Virus record (IMG/VR): IMGVR_UViG_3300027782_000043 | Reading direction: 5' to 3' (one strand) | Source of the DNA: an uncultured virus (IMG/VR IMGVR_UViG_3300027782_000043) | Taxonomy: Duplodnaviria > Heunggongvirae > Uroviricota > Caudoviricetes | DNA: 64,000 nt | In this document: positions 18,729 through 28,491 of the stretch, piece after piece | Layout: the number at the start of each line of letters is the position of its first letter | How positions within the stretch are numbered: position 1 is the stretch's first letter | The notes under the pieces: generated by a model | What the model was told of the DNA's origin: nothing | The model's input: only the letters and a program-made list of their open reading frames with translations | Database searches by the model: none | Translations under genes and position numbers: made by a program

Positions 18729-19852
18729 TATTCTTCTTTATATTCGTTTAATAATTCATCATTAGAAATTGTACCATATTTACCACTAAGATTATTTGTG
18801 TCAATATTTTTAGTCATCATGGTTTTTATATGGTATATTTGTTTTGTTTCGTGGAGTGATTTAACAATCTCAAAAATAATTTTATATGGGTCTGCGTTTG
18901 ATCCTGGTCTTCTGTCTTCAAGATATCCTTTCCATTCCTCTGCGGTTTCTTTTGGAACTCTAATTGATGCTCCTCTATCAGAGACACCCCAACTAAACTT
19001 ATCTATTGATTGTGTTTCGTATTCACCAGTAAGTCTTAAATTATTGTTTGAACCGTAAGATTTAATGTGTTGACGATGTCTTGATTCAAATGCGTTAAAC
19101 AATGACATAAAATATTCTTTATTTCCATCATTTCTCATAATATCTGTTGAAAAATTTGTATGAAGACCAGACCCATTCCATTTACCATGTGTAATTGGTT
19201 TTGGGTGTAAATCAATGTGGTATGAATATTTCTCTGAGGTTTTAAAAAGAAAATATCTTGTCATCCAAAGATCATCTCCACTTTTTAATTTTTCTTTAGA
19301 TAATACTTGGTATTCCCATTGTCCTAACGCAACCTCAGCATTAACTCCTGTAATATCAATTCCATAATTTAAACACATATTTAAATGTTTATCAACAAAA
19401 TCTCTTCCAACAACATATTGACCAACTCCACAATAATATTTACCTTGTGGTTCCAAGTTGTTTTGATCATGACCTAAAACGCATTTGTTTTTTTTGTCGT
19501 ATATAAAGTATTCTTGTTCAAAACCAAACCAAAGATCTTCAAAACCTTCACCAATACTTGATCTTTTATTTGACTCGTGTGGTGACCCATCAGAATTTAA
19601 TACCTCACATAAGACATATACGGTTGATTCCATATCTTTAAAATAATGTCTAACAGGTTTTAAAATACAATCTGAACTTCCTGTTTCAGCCTGTAATGTT
19701 GAAGACCCATCAAAGTTCCAAATTGGGAAATTTCCATCAAGAAACGCTTCCTTAATAGATTGATAGTCAACTATTTTTACCTTACTTCTAAGATTTGGTT
19801 CTGGTTTATATCCATCTAACCACACATATTCTAATTTAACTTTCATATACAA
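18728..19852 (-). CDS. glnII: Glutamine synthetase type II
   Basis: LEYVWLDG, WNFDGSST, GFEQEY, NAEVALGQWEYQ, HPKP..WNGSGLHTNFS, RGASIRVP, GYLEDRRP. Confidence 0.93.
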   Translation of the reverse strand: MYMKVKLEYVWLDGYKPEPNLRSKVKIVDYQSIKEAFLDGNFPIWNFDGSSTLQAETGSSDCILKPVRHYFKDMESTVYVLCEVLNSDGSPHESNKRSSIGEGFEDLWFGFEQEYFIYDKKNKCVLGHDQNNLEPQGKYYCGVGQYVVGRDFVDKHLNMCLNYGIDITGVNAEVALGQWEYQVLSKEKLKSGDDLWMTRYFLFKTSEKYSYHIDLHPKPITHGKWNGSGLHTNFSTDIMRNDGNKEYFMSLFNAFESRHRQHIKSYGSNNNLRLTGEYETQSIDKFSWGVSDRGASIRVPKETAEEWKGYLEDRRPGSNADPYKIIFEIVKSLHETKQIYHIKTMMTKNIDTNNLSGKYGTISNDELLNEYKEE

Positions 19853-19854
19853 TT

Positions 19855-20637
19855 TTAAAAATTTAATTCTTCTTTGTTTTTTTTATAATTTTCAATCATT
19901 TGAGTTTGATTAATGTAGGTAATCAATTTTCTTTTAAACAATGGAAGAAGCGTTTCATTTATTGGGAAATTCGCTTCACATAACATTTCATACAAAGGTA
20001 ATTTTGATATATTATCTTGATTCCATTGACTAAATGTATTTATAATTTTTGTAATTGTCAAATTATTTTTTTTTTCAGAATAAATTAAATTTACTAATGT
20101 TTTACTTTCAGGTGATTTTTTATTTACTTGTTTAACATTAAATTCCCAAACATAAAACAAATTATCTTTTGAGTCTAAATAATAAAAATATCCTTTTTTT
20201 TGTAAAACCTCATTTTTGTTTTTTTTTATTCTTAAAATTACACTATCAAACACTATTTCCCAAACAGATTTAGCAATGTTAAAATATTCTAACATTCTTG
20301 GAGCACTATATGTTAATATTTTGTTAAATTCTTCTTTTTCCTCATTGTTTAATATCGGGATGTCTTTTATTTTTAAATCTTTTACTAATAATTCATCGTC
20401 TATTGTTGTAAATTTTTTATTAGTATACATTATTTTTTTATCTCTGATTAAATTTTGAAGATTTGCCACGTGTAACGACAACTCAATGAATCCAGGATAG
20501 AGTTCCATATTATCTAATTTTTCTCCCATTTTTTGAAAGTAAGATAATAATTTATACTCTTTGTGTTCTTGATCAATGGGTTTTTCAAACATCCATTCAG
20601 TGTTCATTAAAAATTCTATTTTTTTCTTTTTTTCCAT
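19855..20637 (-). CDS. Hypothetical protein
   Basis: 260-aa ORF. Confidence 0.7.
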   Translation of the reverse strand: MEKKKKIEFLMNTEWMFEKPIDQEHKEYKLLSYFQKMGEKLDNMELYPGFIELSLHVANLQNLIRDKKIMYTNKKFTTIDDELLVKDLKIKDIPILNNEEKEEFNKILTYSAPRMLEYFNIAKSVWEIVFDSVILRIKKNKNEVLQKKGYFYYLDSKDNLFYVWEFNVKQVNKKSPESKTLVNLIYSEKKNNLTITKIINTFSQWNQDNISKLPLYEMLCEANFPINETLLPLFKRKLITYINQTQMIENYKKNKEELNF

Positions 20638-20678
20638 TACACATAAAGATAATAATATTATTTCATTCTGTAAAGGTA

Positions 20679-22211
20679 TTAGTCAGTTCTAAATACAATA
20701 TAGGTATTTGAATTTATATTAACTTCTTGGTAATCCCCATCATAATGACTTATTACGCTATAGTCAGATTCATCAATTAAGTCACGTAGTAAATTTCTTG
20801 TATTAACAAAATTATCATAGTCCATACCATATTCATCTAACCAAGATATTGGGTCAGACTCTATCTCATCTCTTTTTTCTTCCATAACTCGTTCAATATC
20901 ATCATCACTTAAATCTCCATTAGGATTCTCTTCAATTTCTTCAATTTCAGAATCTATTTCTTCCGACCTATTCTCAATTTCTTCAATCCTTGATTCATTA
21001 TCCGATTCATGTTCTCCATCCTCATCTTCATCTTCATAAGTTACTGACTCAACCTTTTTATTGTTTTGGTAAATTTGCCATTTATCGTCAGACCATTCAA
21101 CAACTAATAAATTGTTCATATAATCTTTAAATTTAAAGTATTTCATACTTTCTATTCCTTCTTCAATAAGAGGAGATCTAGCCCCATTTGAAATTAAATA
21201 ATTTTCTATTTCAAGAGATTTTTTTTCATTTTTAAGATTTATTATTTCTCGATCTTGTTCTTTACTAGTTTCTTTAGAAATATCATAATCTTCAGGATTA
21301 TCATAAATCCCATCACGAATCGAATCTTCAAAATACTCATACACATCTTCACCATCAATGTGATAACTTAGTGTGCTTTTATCAAAATTACTTAAATCAT
21401 TTACCATATCTTCATAATATTCTTCAATGGAGTCATCCACCTCACTTTCAGTACCAACAGCATAAGTATTTCCATATGTATCACTATGAATTGATTTAAA
21501 TACTGTCATTTTATAGTAAGAATGCCGATCTTCGGGAACTAAACCATATTGATCATTATCTTTTTCCTTTAAGGCGTCAATATTTTCTTCTAACTCATCT
21601 CTTTCAACATATAAATCATCTAAAATTTCATCATCTTCCTCATTATCAATTTTTTCTTCAAGTTCCACCATTTGTATTTCAAAATTTTTCAGATCCTCAC
21701 GTTCTGAATCATCTAATATGTATAAATCACCAGTTTCGTACATATGTTCAAATACAGCATTTGCCATCTCACTTATTGCATCTGTATTTTTTATATTCCA
21801 TTCGTCATTTATTCTTCTTTCATTAGCGTCTTCCCTTTCTTGTTTTAATCTTTTTTTCTCAATTTCATCAGCATATGGTGTCATATGATACGAACCAAGT
21901 TTTTCAAATTTTACCCCGTCTAAGTTTTTTATTCCGGTATAAGGAATATCTAATTGTCCACTTACCGTTAAATCACCTAAACTAGTAATTTGTTTTAAAC
22001 CATTTAACGATAAATTACCATTAACTCTTATTTTTTTACCTTTAAACATTGGTAATCTTGAAATAACTTTTGCATTAAAATTAACAGATGCCAACAATTT
22101 ATGATATTGTTCCGGAGTAATTTCAAAGTAATCATTTTCAGATTCTTCAACAATAATATTTTTTATTAAAGTTATTAATTTGTTTTCTGTAATTTTTATA
22201 ATTTTTTTCAT
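20679..22211 (-). CDS. Highly acidic protein with N-terminal leader, putative virion-associated
   Basis: MKKIIKITENKLITLIKNIIVEE leader; short LRR-like stretch; D/E-rich; TATTTAT upstream. Confidence 0.7.
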   Translation of the reverse strand: MKKIIKITENKLITLIKNIIVEESENDYFEITPEQYHKLLASVNFNAKVISRLPMFKGKKIRVNGNLSLNGLKQITSLGDLTVSGQLDIPYTGIKNLDGVKFEKLGSYHMTPYADEIEKKRLKQEREDANERRINDEWNIKNTDAISEMANAVFEHMYETGDLYILDDSEREDLKNFEIQMVELEEKIDNEEDDEILDDLYVERDELEENIDALKEKDNDQYGLVPEDRHSYYKMTVFKSIHSDTYGNTYAVGTESEVDDSIEEYYEDMVNDLSNFDKSTLSYHIDGEDVYEYFEDSIRDGIYDNPEDYDISKETSKEQDREIINLKNEKKSLEIENYLISNGARSPLIEEGIESMKYFKFKDYMNNLLVVEWSDDKWQIYQNNKKVESVTYEDEDEDGEHESDNESRIEEIENRSEEIDSEIEEIEENPNGDLSDDDIERVMEEKRDEIESDPISWLDEYGMDYDNFVNTRNLLRDLIDESDYSVISHYDGDYQEVNINSNTYIVFRTD

Positions 22212-22294
22212 TCAATAATAAATATTATATTATTTACAAATTTAATAATATTATAATATTTATATATAAATAAACTATATAAAATTAAATTATT

Positions 22295-22435
22295 ATGGGA
22301 TGCGGATGTAAAAAAAATCAGTCTGAAGCGGCTCCTCAGCCACAAACACCAGTTCAACCTCAACCACAAGCACAAAATGTTACGGTTCAGGAATCTGTTA
22401 AAAAAATTGTTGAGAAATATTATAAAAATAAATAA
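22295..22435 (+). CDS. Small MGCGCK-type protein (46 aa)
   Basis: Absent from the track. MGCGCKKNQSEAAPQPQTPVQPQPQAQNVTVQESVKKIVEKYYKNK, with TATTTATA upstream (22257) and a hairpin downstream (~22459-22481). Confidence 0.7.
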   Translation: MGCGCKKNQSEAAPQPQTPVQPQPQAQNVTVQESVKKIVEKYYKNK

Positions 22436-22505
22436 TAGTCGTTTATAATATTTACTTGAGTGGGAAATTAGTTTTCTCACTTTTTTTATATTTATTAATA
22501 AAAAT

Positions 22506-23627
22506 ATGACGGTAAACAATATTATAGAAGAATTTAATGATGGTAATTGGGATAAAATATCTTCTATTTTTAATGGAAGAATTTTAACTTTTTTTAGATT
22601 TATAAAAGGAAAAAATTTATTAAATAAAATAGATATAAATAATATTCCTTCTGATGATTTTAGTAATGAAGTGTTTGATTATTTGGTTGAAAGTGATATA
22701 ATATCTAATTTAGAATATGATTCTGTTCCTGAATCGTTTATAAACAATTATTTACTACATGGTTTAGAACATAACTACGATAATACTATTAAGTATATTA
22801 CAAGCAACCTTTTAACTGATGTTGAAATTAGACCTGATGGGTTCTATTTATATTTAGGTAAGGATAGAGATGAGTTGGCTTCTTTTTTCTGTGGTTCCTC
22901 CCGTCGTGACATTTCTCCTGAAGATGTTGCAAAACAAATATTTGACGGAGATGGTTTAAGTGACGATTGGTATTTTGATGTTGACACAAAACCATCTGAA
23001 GTTATTGACGATTTAGACGAAAAAAATACCGCCCATTTAAAAGATGTTATTTTTAAAGAAATTGGTAATGTTGAATTATCTTTAGAAGATTATGATTCTG
23101 ATTTTTTTGAAGTCTTATCAGAAGATCAGGGAACTGAAGGTTATTTTAAAATTGGACCTGAAGATTTAAATGAATTAATTAAAGATTCCGAGGCAATAAA
23201 TGAACTATGTAAAAATGATTTGAGTGAGTTAGGTCAAGAATTACAAAGTGTTTATTGGAACGCATATAATTCTGCATATCAAAATGAAATATATGAATTA
23301 GTATATAATGGTTTAGATGAATACTTTGAAGGTAAAGTTGATGAATTCCCAAAAGAATATACCATGTCAGATGGTAAAAAACACTCCATATATGTAAATT
23401 ATATTAAAATTAGAAATTTTGTTGGTGACATTACTTTATTTTTAGAAAACAATAGAGGTCAATCATATTCAGATTCATATTTAGATTATTTTGGTAGTTA
23501 TACGACTTTGATGAAACAACTAATCTACGATGGTGATTTTGAATGTATAGATTTTAGAACTCCTGATTATCCAGATTGGTCTGATATTAAAAAAAATATA
23601 AACGAAAACTTTGGTGATTATATTTAA
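22506..23627 (+). CDS. Acidic hypothetical protein
   Basis: 373-aa ORF with TATTTAT at 22489. Confidence 0.7.
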   Translation: MTVNNIIEEFNDGNWDKISSIFNGRILTFFRFIKGKNLLNKIDINNIPSDDFSNEVFDYLVESDIISNLEYDSVPESFINNYLLHGLEHNYDNTIKYITSNLLTDVEIRPDGFYLYLGKDRDELASFFCGSSRRDISPEDVAKQIFDGDGLSDDWYFDVDTKPSEVIDDLDEKNTAHLKDVIFKEIGNVELSLEDYDSDFFEVLSEDQGTEGYFKIGPEDLNELIKDSEAINELCKNDLSELGQELQSVYWNAYNSAYQNEIYELVYNGLDEYFEGKVDEFPKEYTMSDGKKHSIYVNYIKIRNFVGDITLFLENNRGQSYSDSYLDYFGSYTTLMKQLIYDGDFECIDFRTPDYPDWSDIKKNINENFGDYI

Positions 23628-23696
23628 ATAAACTTTATATTTAAATAAACTATTTATTTATTCATTTATAATCCATATCAATTGTAAAAAAAAGAT

Positions 23697-24392
23697 ATGA
23701 GATTAATTAATAAAAATTCAAAAAGAGGCATTGTTAATTTATTTGCCGAATTTATTTTATCTAAAATTGATAAAAATAAAGATTCAATAATACAAGTTTC
23801 TGATGTGGGATCTTTTTATGTTGTAAACGGTATAACCACAAGTGAAATTTTTTTAGATATAAATTTAATAAGAGATGAATTTGCAGAAAAATTTAAAGAA
23901 ATATTAATTGAGTTAAATATTAAATTACTTAATGTTGTTGACGTTATAAACTATAACCAAAAAATAAGTAACATTGAAACAGGTTGGGTTAAAGTTAATA
24001 AAATTCCATTTACACAGGAATATGAACCTTTAAGTGAAATTTCAATTAATTCTGAGTTTCCATATGGTCATAGTTTAAATTGTGGTAGATTAATGGTTTA
24101 TTATACTCATTATATGTTTAACCAAGTTTACAGTACAATTATGACCGATGAGGTACATTTCTTTTTCACAAAAGAATTAAATGACGATGAAGATTTTAAC
24201 ATTAAAATTGTACCTAAATCAGGTTTAGATAAAACCATTATCAAATCTTTAATATTAGACTTATTTAACTTTGATTTAAAAGACTTTAAAACTAAAGTGG
24301 AGGGTTATGACCTTATTCAGGACATATTAGACCCTACGGGAGAAAAACCTTATTTAATTCAAGATAGATTGGAAGATGTTATTATCTTCTAA
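23697..24392 (+). CDS. Hypothetical protein (weak resemblance to MetK N-terminal domain)
   Basis: 231-aa ORF; VVNGITTSEIFLDI recalls MetK LVGGEITTSAWVDI. Confidence 0.6.
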   Translation: MRLINKNSKRGIVNLFAEFILSKIDKNKDSIIQVSDVGSFYVVNGITTSEIFLDINLIRDEFAEKFKEILIELNIKLLNVVDVINYNQKISNIETGWVKVNKIPFTQEYEPLSEISINSEFPYGHSLNCGRLMVYYTHYMFNQVYSTIMTDEVHFFFTKELNDDEDFNIKIVPKSGLDKTIIKSLILDLFNFDLKDFKTKVEGYDLIQDILDPTGEKPYLIQDRLEDVIIF

Positions 24393-24677
24393 TTACCCAT
24401 TAATAAATTCTTTAATAATTTTTACTCCTTCATTAATATCTTCAAAATCTCTATCAGGAGCAAATAATCCAGTAATTGGATCATCATCGGGTGACTCTAT
24501 TAACATAAATGATGGAACATACTCATTGTTAGTTACCTCAACAAATAAATTATATTCCTCCTCATATTCATGTATATCACGATCAACATACTCAACATTT
24601 TCTTTATCCAACATTTCTTTTAACATATGACAAAACGGACATTGTTTCATCGTAAATAATACTACAACTTTATCCAT
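24393..24677 (-). CDS. Glutaredoxin/NrdH-like
   Basis: CPFC active site and the YVP cis-Pro motif. Confidence 0.85.
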   Translation of the reverse strand: MDKVVVLFTMKQCPFCHMLKEMLDKENVEYVDRDIHEYEEEYNLFVEVTNNEYVPSFMLIESPDDDPITGLFAPDRDFEDINEGVKIIKEFING

Positions 24678-24984
24678 TGATTAATTCTGTTAACATACCT
24701 TTTAGATCTTTTTCATTCAACATTCCCACTTTTGTTTCAATAACGTTCCCCCCATTTATTACTTTAATAGTAGGAATACTTCTAATACCTAATGATGCTC
24801 CAACCTCACGATTTAAATCTACGTTCATTGTAAACATTTGAACATCGGAAGTATTTTCTTTTGATATCATTTCAAAAATAGGTTTCATCATTCGACAAGG
24901 TCCACACCATTCCGCCCAAAATTCAATAATTAATTTTTCACCTTTATTGATTTTTTCTTGTAATTCTACACTTGTAATTTCCAT
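24670..24984 (-). CDS. trxA: Thioredoxin
   Basis: FWAEWCGPCRMM; GIRSIPT. Confidence 0.93.
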   Translation of the reverse strand: MEITSVELQEKINKGEKLIIEFWAEWCGPCRMMKPIFEMISKENTSDVQMFTMNVDLNREVGASLGIRSIPTIKVINGGNVIETKVGMLNEKDLKGMLTELING

Positions 24985-25010
24985 TTGTTTTATTATTTTA
25001 ATATTTATTA

Positions 25011-25355
25011 TTAATCAGTTTCTTTTAGTTTTGATAAATTTTTTATAAAAAACTTAACTTCTTCTAATTGACTTACGTCGTAATAAACTTTTATTTTAAA
25101 ATTTATCTCAGATAATGTAATCTTTGATAAATATAAATAGAATCCTGATCTATTTTTAAATATCCCATCGGAGTGTTTAATTTCTCCATTATATTCAAAA
25201 CTATTAAGATATTCAACTTCAAAGTTTTTTTTTATTAAGAGTTCAGGTTCTATTGATAAAACACTGTTAACGTTAATTATTGCATATAATTTTTGATGTC
25301 TTTCTTTTAGAATATCTAAAAAATTTTTTTCTTTTGTAAAATATTGTTCTTCCAT
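25011..25355 (-). CDS. Hypothetical protein
   Basis: ORF. Confidence 0.6.
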   Translation of the reverse strand: MEEQYFTKEKNFLDILKERHQKLYAIINVNSVLSIEPELLIKKNFEVEYLNSFEYNGEIKHSDGIFKNRSGFYLYLSKITLSEINFKIKVYYDVSQLEEVKFFIKNLSKLKETD

Positions 25356-25361
25356 TATAAA

Positions 25362-26117
25362 TTATAACATTAATTCGGCTGTCTCCCAAAGTTTTGTGTT
25401 TAATGTATTTAAAGTAATAATATTTTTTAATCCTCTCAATCCTGTTTTACGTCCGGATTGTGATTTATATTCAATTCCACCACGGACAAATTTCTCTTGT
25501 ACTACATTAAATACTCTCCATAGGTCATCTCCTTCATCTTCATTACGATTAGGTGTTAACAAGTCAACTAAATCAAGTGTTGAGGGTACTGATCCTGCTG
25601 TCCACCTAAGTTTAGATGCTTTTTGAACAAAATCTATTTTTTCGGACATAGTAAGTTGACGTTCCATCATTCTTCCAACAGACTGTTGAATTATTGGTAA
25701 TTTTTTTGCAAAACTTTCAGTTAAACTTTTAACATCGTCAAGTTCAAAATTTTTGTGTCTAAGTTTAAACTGATCAGCCACTGATGTTGGAACTGTTAAC
25801 CCATTACTACATACTAATCTGTGGAGCCCAGAACTCATTGAGAATGCACACATACCATTGTGAGAGTTTCTAATAATCGCCTCAACTAAAGTGTCTCCAA
25901 CCGATGGAAGTTGTTGATTACGAAACTTTACTTCATGTACTGAGTGTATATCCTTACCATTTTGGTTAACTGATGAAATTTCCCACCCTTCTCTTTCAAA
26001 ATATTCCATAATTTTGTCGGTAGGAACAAATTGGTACTTGTTTGTCATTTTTGACGATGGGGATGTTGCAAAAATAGACGGTGCCATTGTTTGAATTAAT
26101 TCTGTTGTATAGTTCAT
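25362..26117 (-). CDS. DUF932/DUF945 family protein
   Basis: APSIFA..YQFVPT..NSHNG...RLVCSNGL..RH..DLWRVFNVVQE. Confidence 0.88.
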   Translation of the reverse strand: MNYTTELIQTMAPSIFATSPSSKMTNKYQFVPTDKIMEYFEREGWEISSVNQNGKDIHSVHEVKFRNQQLPSVGDTLVEAIIRNSHNGMCAFSMSSGLHRLVCSNGLTVPTSVADQFKLRHKNFELDDVKSLTESFAKKLPIIQQSVGRMMERQLTMSEKIDFVQKASKLRWTAGSVPSTLDLVDLLTPNRNEDEGDDLWRVFNVVQEKFVRGGIEYKSQSGRKTGLRGLKNIITLNTLNTKLWETAELML

Positions 26118-26189
26118 ATTTTTAAATTTTAATTATACAACAAAGATAGTCTTTTTTTTTTAATCAACAATACTTTTTTTAAAAAAATT

Positions 26190-26486
26190 TTAATTTAAAA
26201 ATATATTACCAAATTTTGTTTTTAATATAATATTTTCAATATTTTTAATATCGTCTTTTTTTTCATTTAAATTGGGGTGTTGAAGTTCAATAACAATATC
26301 AATCATTTGTTCTTTAGTTAATATCAAATCTTTTTCTTCTTTTACGTTTTTTAAAGATCTCTCCTTCATTTTATTGTAAAAAATTTCTTTTTGTATGTTA
26401 CCAACTAAGTCTATAAAATCTTTTGGGTTTTTTTCAAAAAAAGTTATCATTTGACTAATGTAAATTTCAACATCTATATTTTTCAT
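26190..26486 (-). CDS. Hypothetical protein
   Basis: ORF. Confidence 0.6.
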   Translation of the reverse strand: MKNIDVEIYISQMITFFEKNPKDFIDLVGNIQKEIFYNKMKERSLKNVKEEKDLILTKEQMIDIVIELQHPNLNEKKDDIKNIENIILKTKFGNIFLN

Positions 26487-26496
26487 AAACTATAAG

Positions 26497-28446
26497 TTAA
26501 ATTGATGTGATTCCTTTGCAATGTTGTTTCATATTATCGGGGAATTCTACTAAGAAAAAATCTTCATCTATTGTCATATATTTTCGTAAAACTTCCGGAA
26601 TTATAATATCTGGATTAGATCCCTCAATTGAAACAAATTCTAAACAGGTTAAATTTACCATTGATTTGGGTAACCTTTCTAACTCAATGTTATTAGTTAA
26701 ATTTAAAAATGTTAAATTTTTACATTCACCAATACTTTCAGGTATACTTTTGATCATATTATCAAGAACCAAAGTATCTAAATTTTTAAATTTACCAATT
26801 GATTCTGGTAAATCTAACAGTATTGGGGATGATCCTTTATTTTCAATATTAATGAATTCAATATTTTCTGATAGGGATTCAAAAAATTCTTCAAATCCAA
26901 ACATCACAATAAATTTAGATGGGTCATCTTTAGGGTACTGTAATATTACTTTGTTATCCGCAAAAATTGTGTTTAGTTCATTTTTATATTTTCGTTTTAA
27001 ATCTCTAAAATATGGTCTCATTTCTTGAGATAATATTACTGCAATATCGTTTTCTGTTACTTCTTTTAAAGTTTTTGTTAGTATTTTTTCTTTTTTCTTA
27101 GAAACATAATATGTCATTGCTGCAGGGGCTAACCTCTTAACCATATTACCATCTAATTCATTTCCAAGACCAATATATTTTTTTTGTAATTCTTCAGGTA
27201 AATTACCAAATATTTCATCACCATTAGTAATATTTTTAAAATCAGGACCTCTTAATTCCATCCATAATTCAACCTCATCTACTGATCCTAATTCTTTAAC
27301 AGGATCAGAGGTTGTAAGATTAAGACTTTTATATTTGGTTAGTTTTTTTGTGTCTTCATCAGTAAATGGTTTTGGTACAAGATAATCTTCCTTACCTTCA
27401 AGACTAGGAACTTTTTGAGTTATTTCTCTCCAAGATATTTCTTCTCCTCCCGCAAATCGACCGGAATTTGATCTATCCGCTAATTTCATTCTTCCGTACT
27501 TATCAACAAGTATAACAACCGCATAATTTAAATCAGATTCTTCAAGGTTTTTACTAATAACATAATACAATGTTAAGTTTTGATTTAATCTATAATTGTA
27601 ATAATAATTACTTGATCCTTCCCATGATGTACACCATCTTCTATCTGGAGCATATTTTTTTCTAATATTAATACACTTATGTTTTTGATCAGGAGCAAAA
27701 ATTAATATGTTATCATCTTCATATGCAATGTCCACGTCACTCACATCAATTTCAGGCATACTATATTCATCTTCTCCAGCCGGAGTATAACCATCAACAA
27801 TGTGTTCAAATTCATCAAAAGACATAAATGAACTTAATTTTGTGTTTAATGGTATTAATAAAAAATTAGTGACAAATCTTTTAACTCTTGGTAGTATAAC
27901 TGTAAGTGGATCCTCATCAGGAATTTCTTTTGCGAATTTCTCAGTCATTCTTTTTGTTAATGCATTTTCTCCGTTCTCATTAAATCTATCAAAATATTTT
28001 CTAACAAGACTATCAAGTTGTGATGGGTTTAAATCTGTAACCGGATTTTTAAACGCTTTATCTTCAGGAAACAATGTTTTCAACTCAAAATATTTTTTAA
28101 TATTTTGTTTTGTTAGTAGTAAATCCGTTCCTTCGTATTTTGTAACAAATTCTTGAGCAAAACTATCAAGATCTTTTTTAGTTTGTTGTTTTGTGGATTT
28201 ATCCTTAATTAACTGTTTTAACTTAATATAAGTGTGTCTAAAAATATCCTTATCTTCGTTAGCAAAACCACTTTTAAATCTTTCAAAGTCAGAAATAACT
28301 TTTTTTATATCATCCTCACTATCGTCTGTTTCTAATGAAAATTTATCAACTAATCGTTTAATTGTTGATTCAGGATATTCTAATAATATTTTTTGTATAT
28401 TTAAATTTTCATTAATTATCTTTGACAAAATTTTTACTAATTCCAT
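26497..28446 (-). CDS. WCT-domain protein with C-terminal leucine-rich repeats
   Basis: LRRs LPESIGKFKNLDTLVL / IPESIGECKNLTFLNL / LPKSMVNLTCLEFVSI; central AYEDDN..WCTS..YYYNY domain. Confidence 0.8.
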   Translation of the reverse strand: MELVKILSKIINENLNIQKILLEYPESTIKRLVDKFSLETDDSEDDIKKVISDFERFKSGFANEDKDIFRHTYIKLKQLIKDKSTKQQTKKDLDSFAQEFVTKYEGTDLLLTKQNIKKYFELKTLFPEDKAFKNPVTDLNPSQLDSLVRKYFDRFNENGENALTKRMTEKFAKEIPDEDPLTVILPRVKRFVTNFLLIPLNTKLSSFMSFDEFEHIVDGYTPAGEDEYSMPEIDVSDVDIAYEDDNILIFAPDQKHKCINIRKKYAPDRRWCTSWEGSSNYYYNYRLNQNLTLYYVISKNLEESDLNYAVVILVDKYGRMKLADRSNSGRFAGGEEISWREITQKVPSLEGKEDYLVPKPFTDEDTKKLTKYKSLNLTTSDPVKELGSVDEVELWMELRGPDFKNITNGDEIFGNLPEELQKKYIGLGNELDGNMVKRLAPAAMTYYVSKKKEKILTKTLKEVTENDIAVILSQEMRPYFRDLKRKYKNELNTIFADNKVILQYPKDDPSKFIVMFGFEEFFESLSENIEFINIENKGSSPILLDLPESIGKFKNLDTLVLDNMIKSIPESIGECKNLTFLNLTNNIELERLPKSMVNLTCLEFVSIEGSNPDIIIPEVLRKYMTIDEDFFLVEFPDNMKQHCKGITSI

Positions 28447-28491
28447 AATATTTTTTTACTATAAATATCATTTAAATAAAAAAAAAACAAA

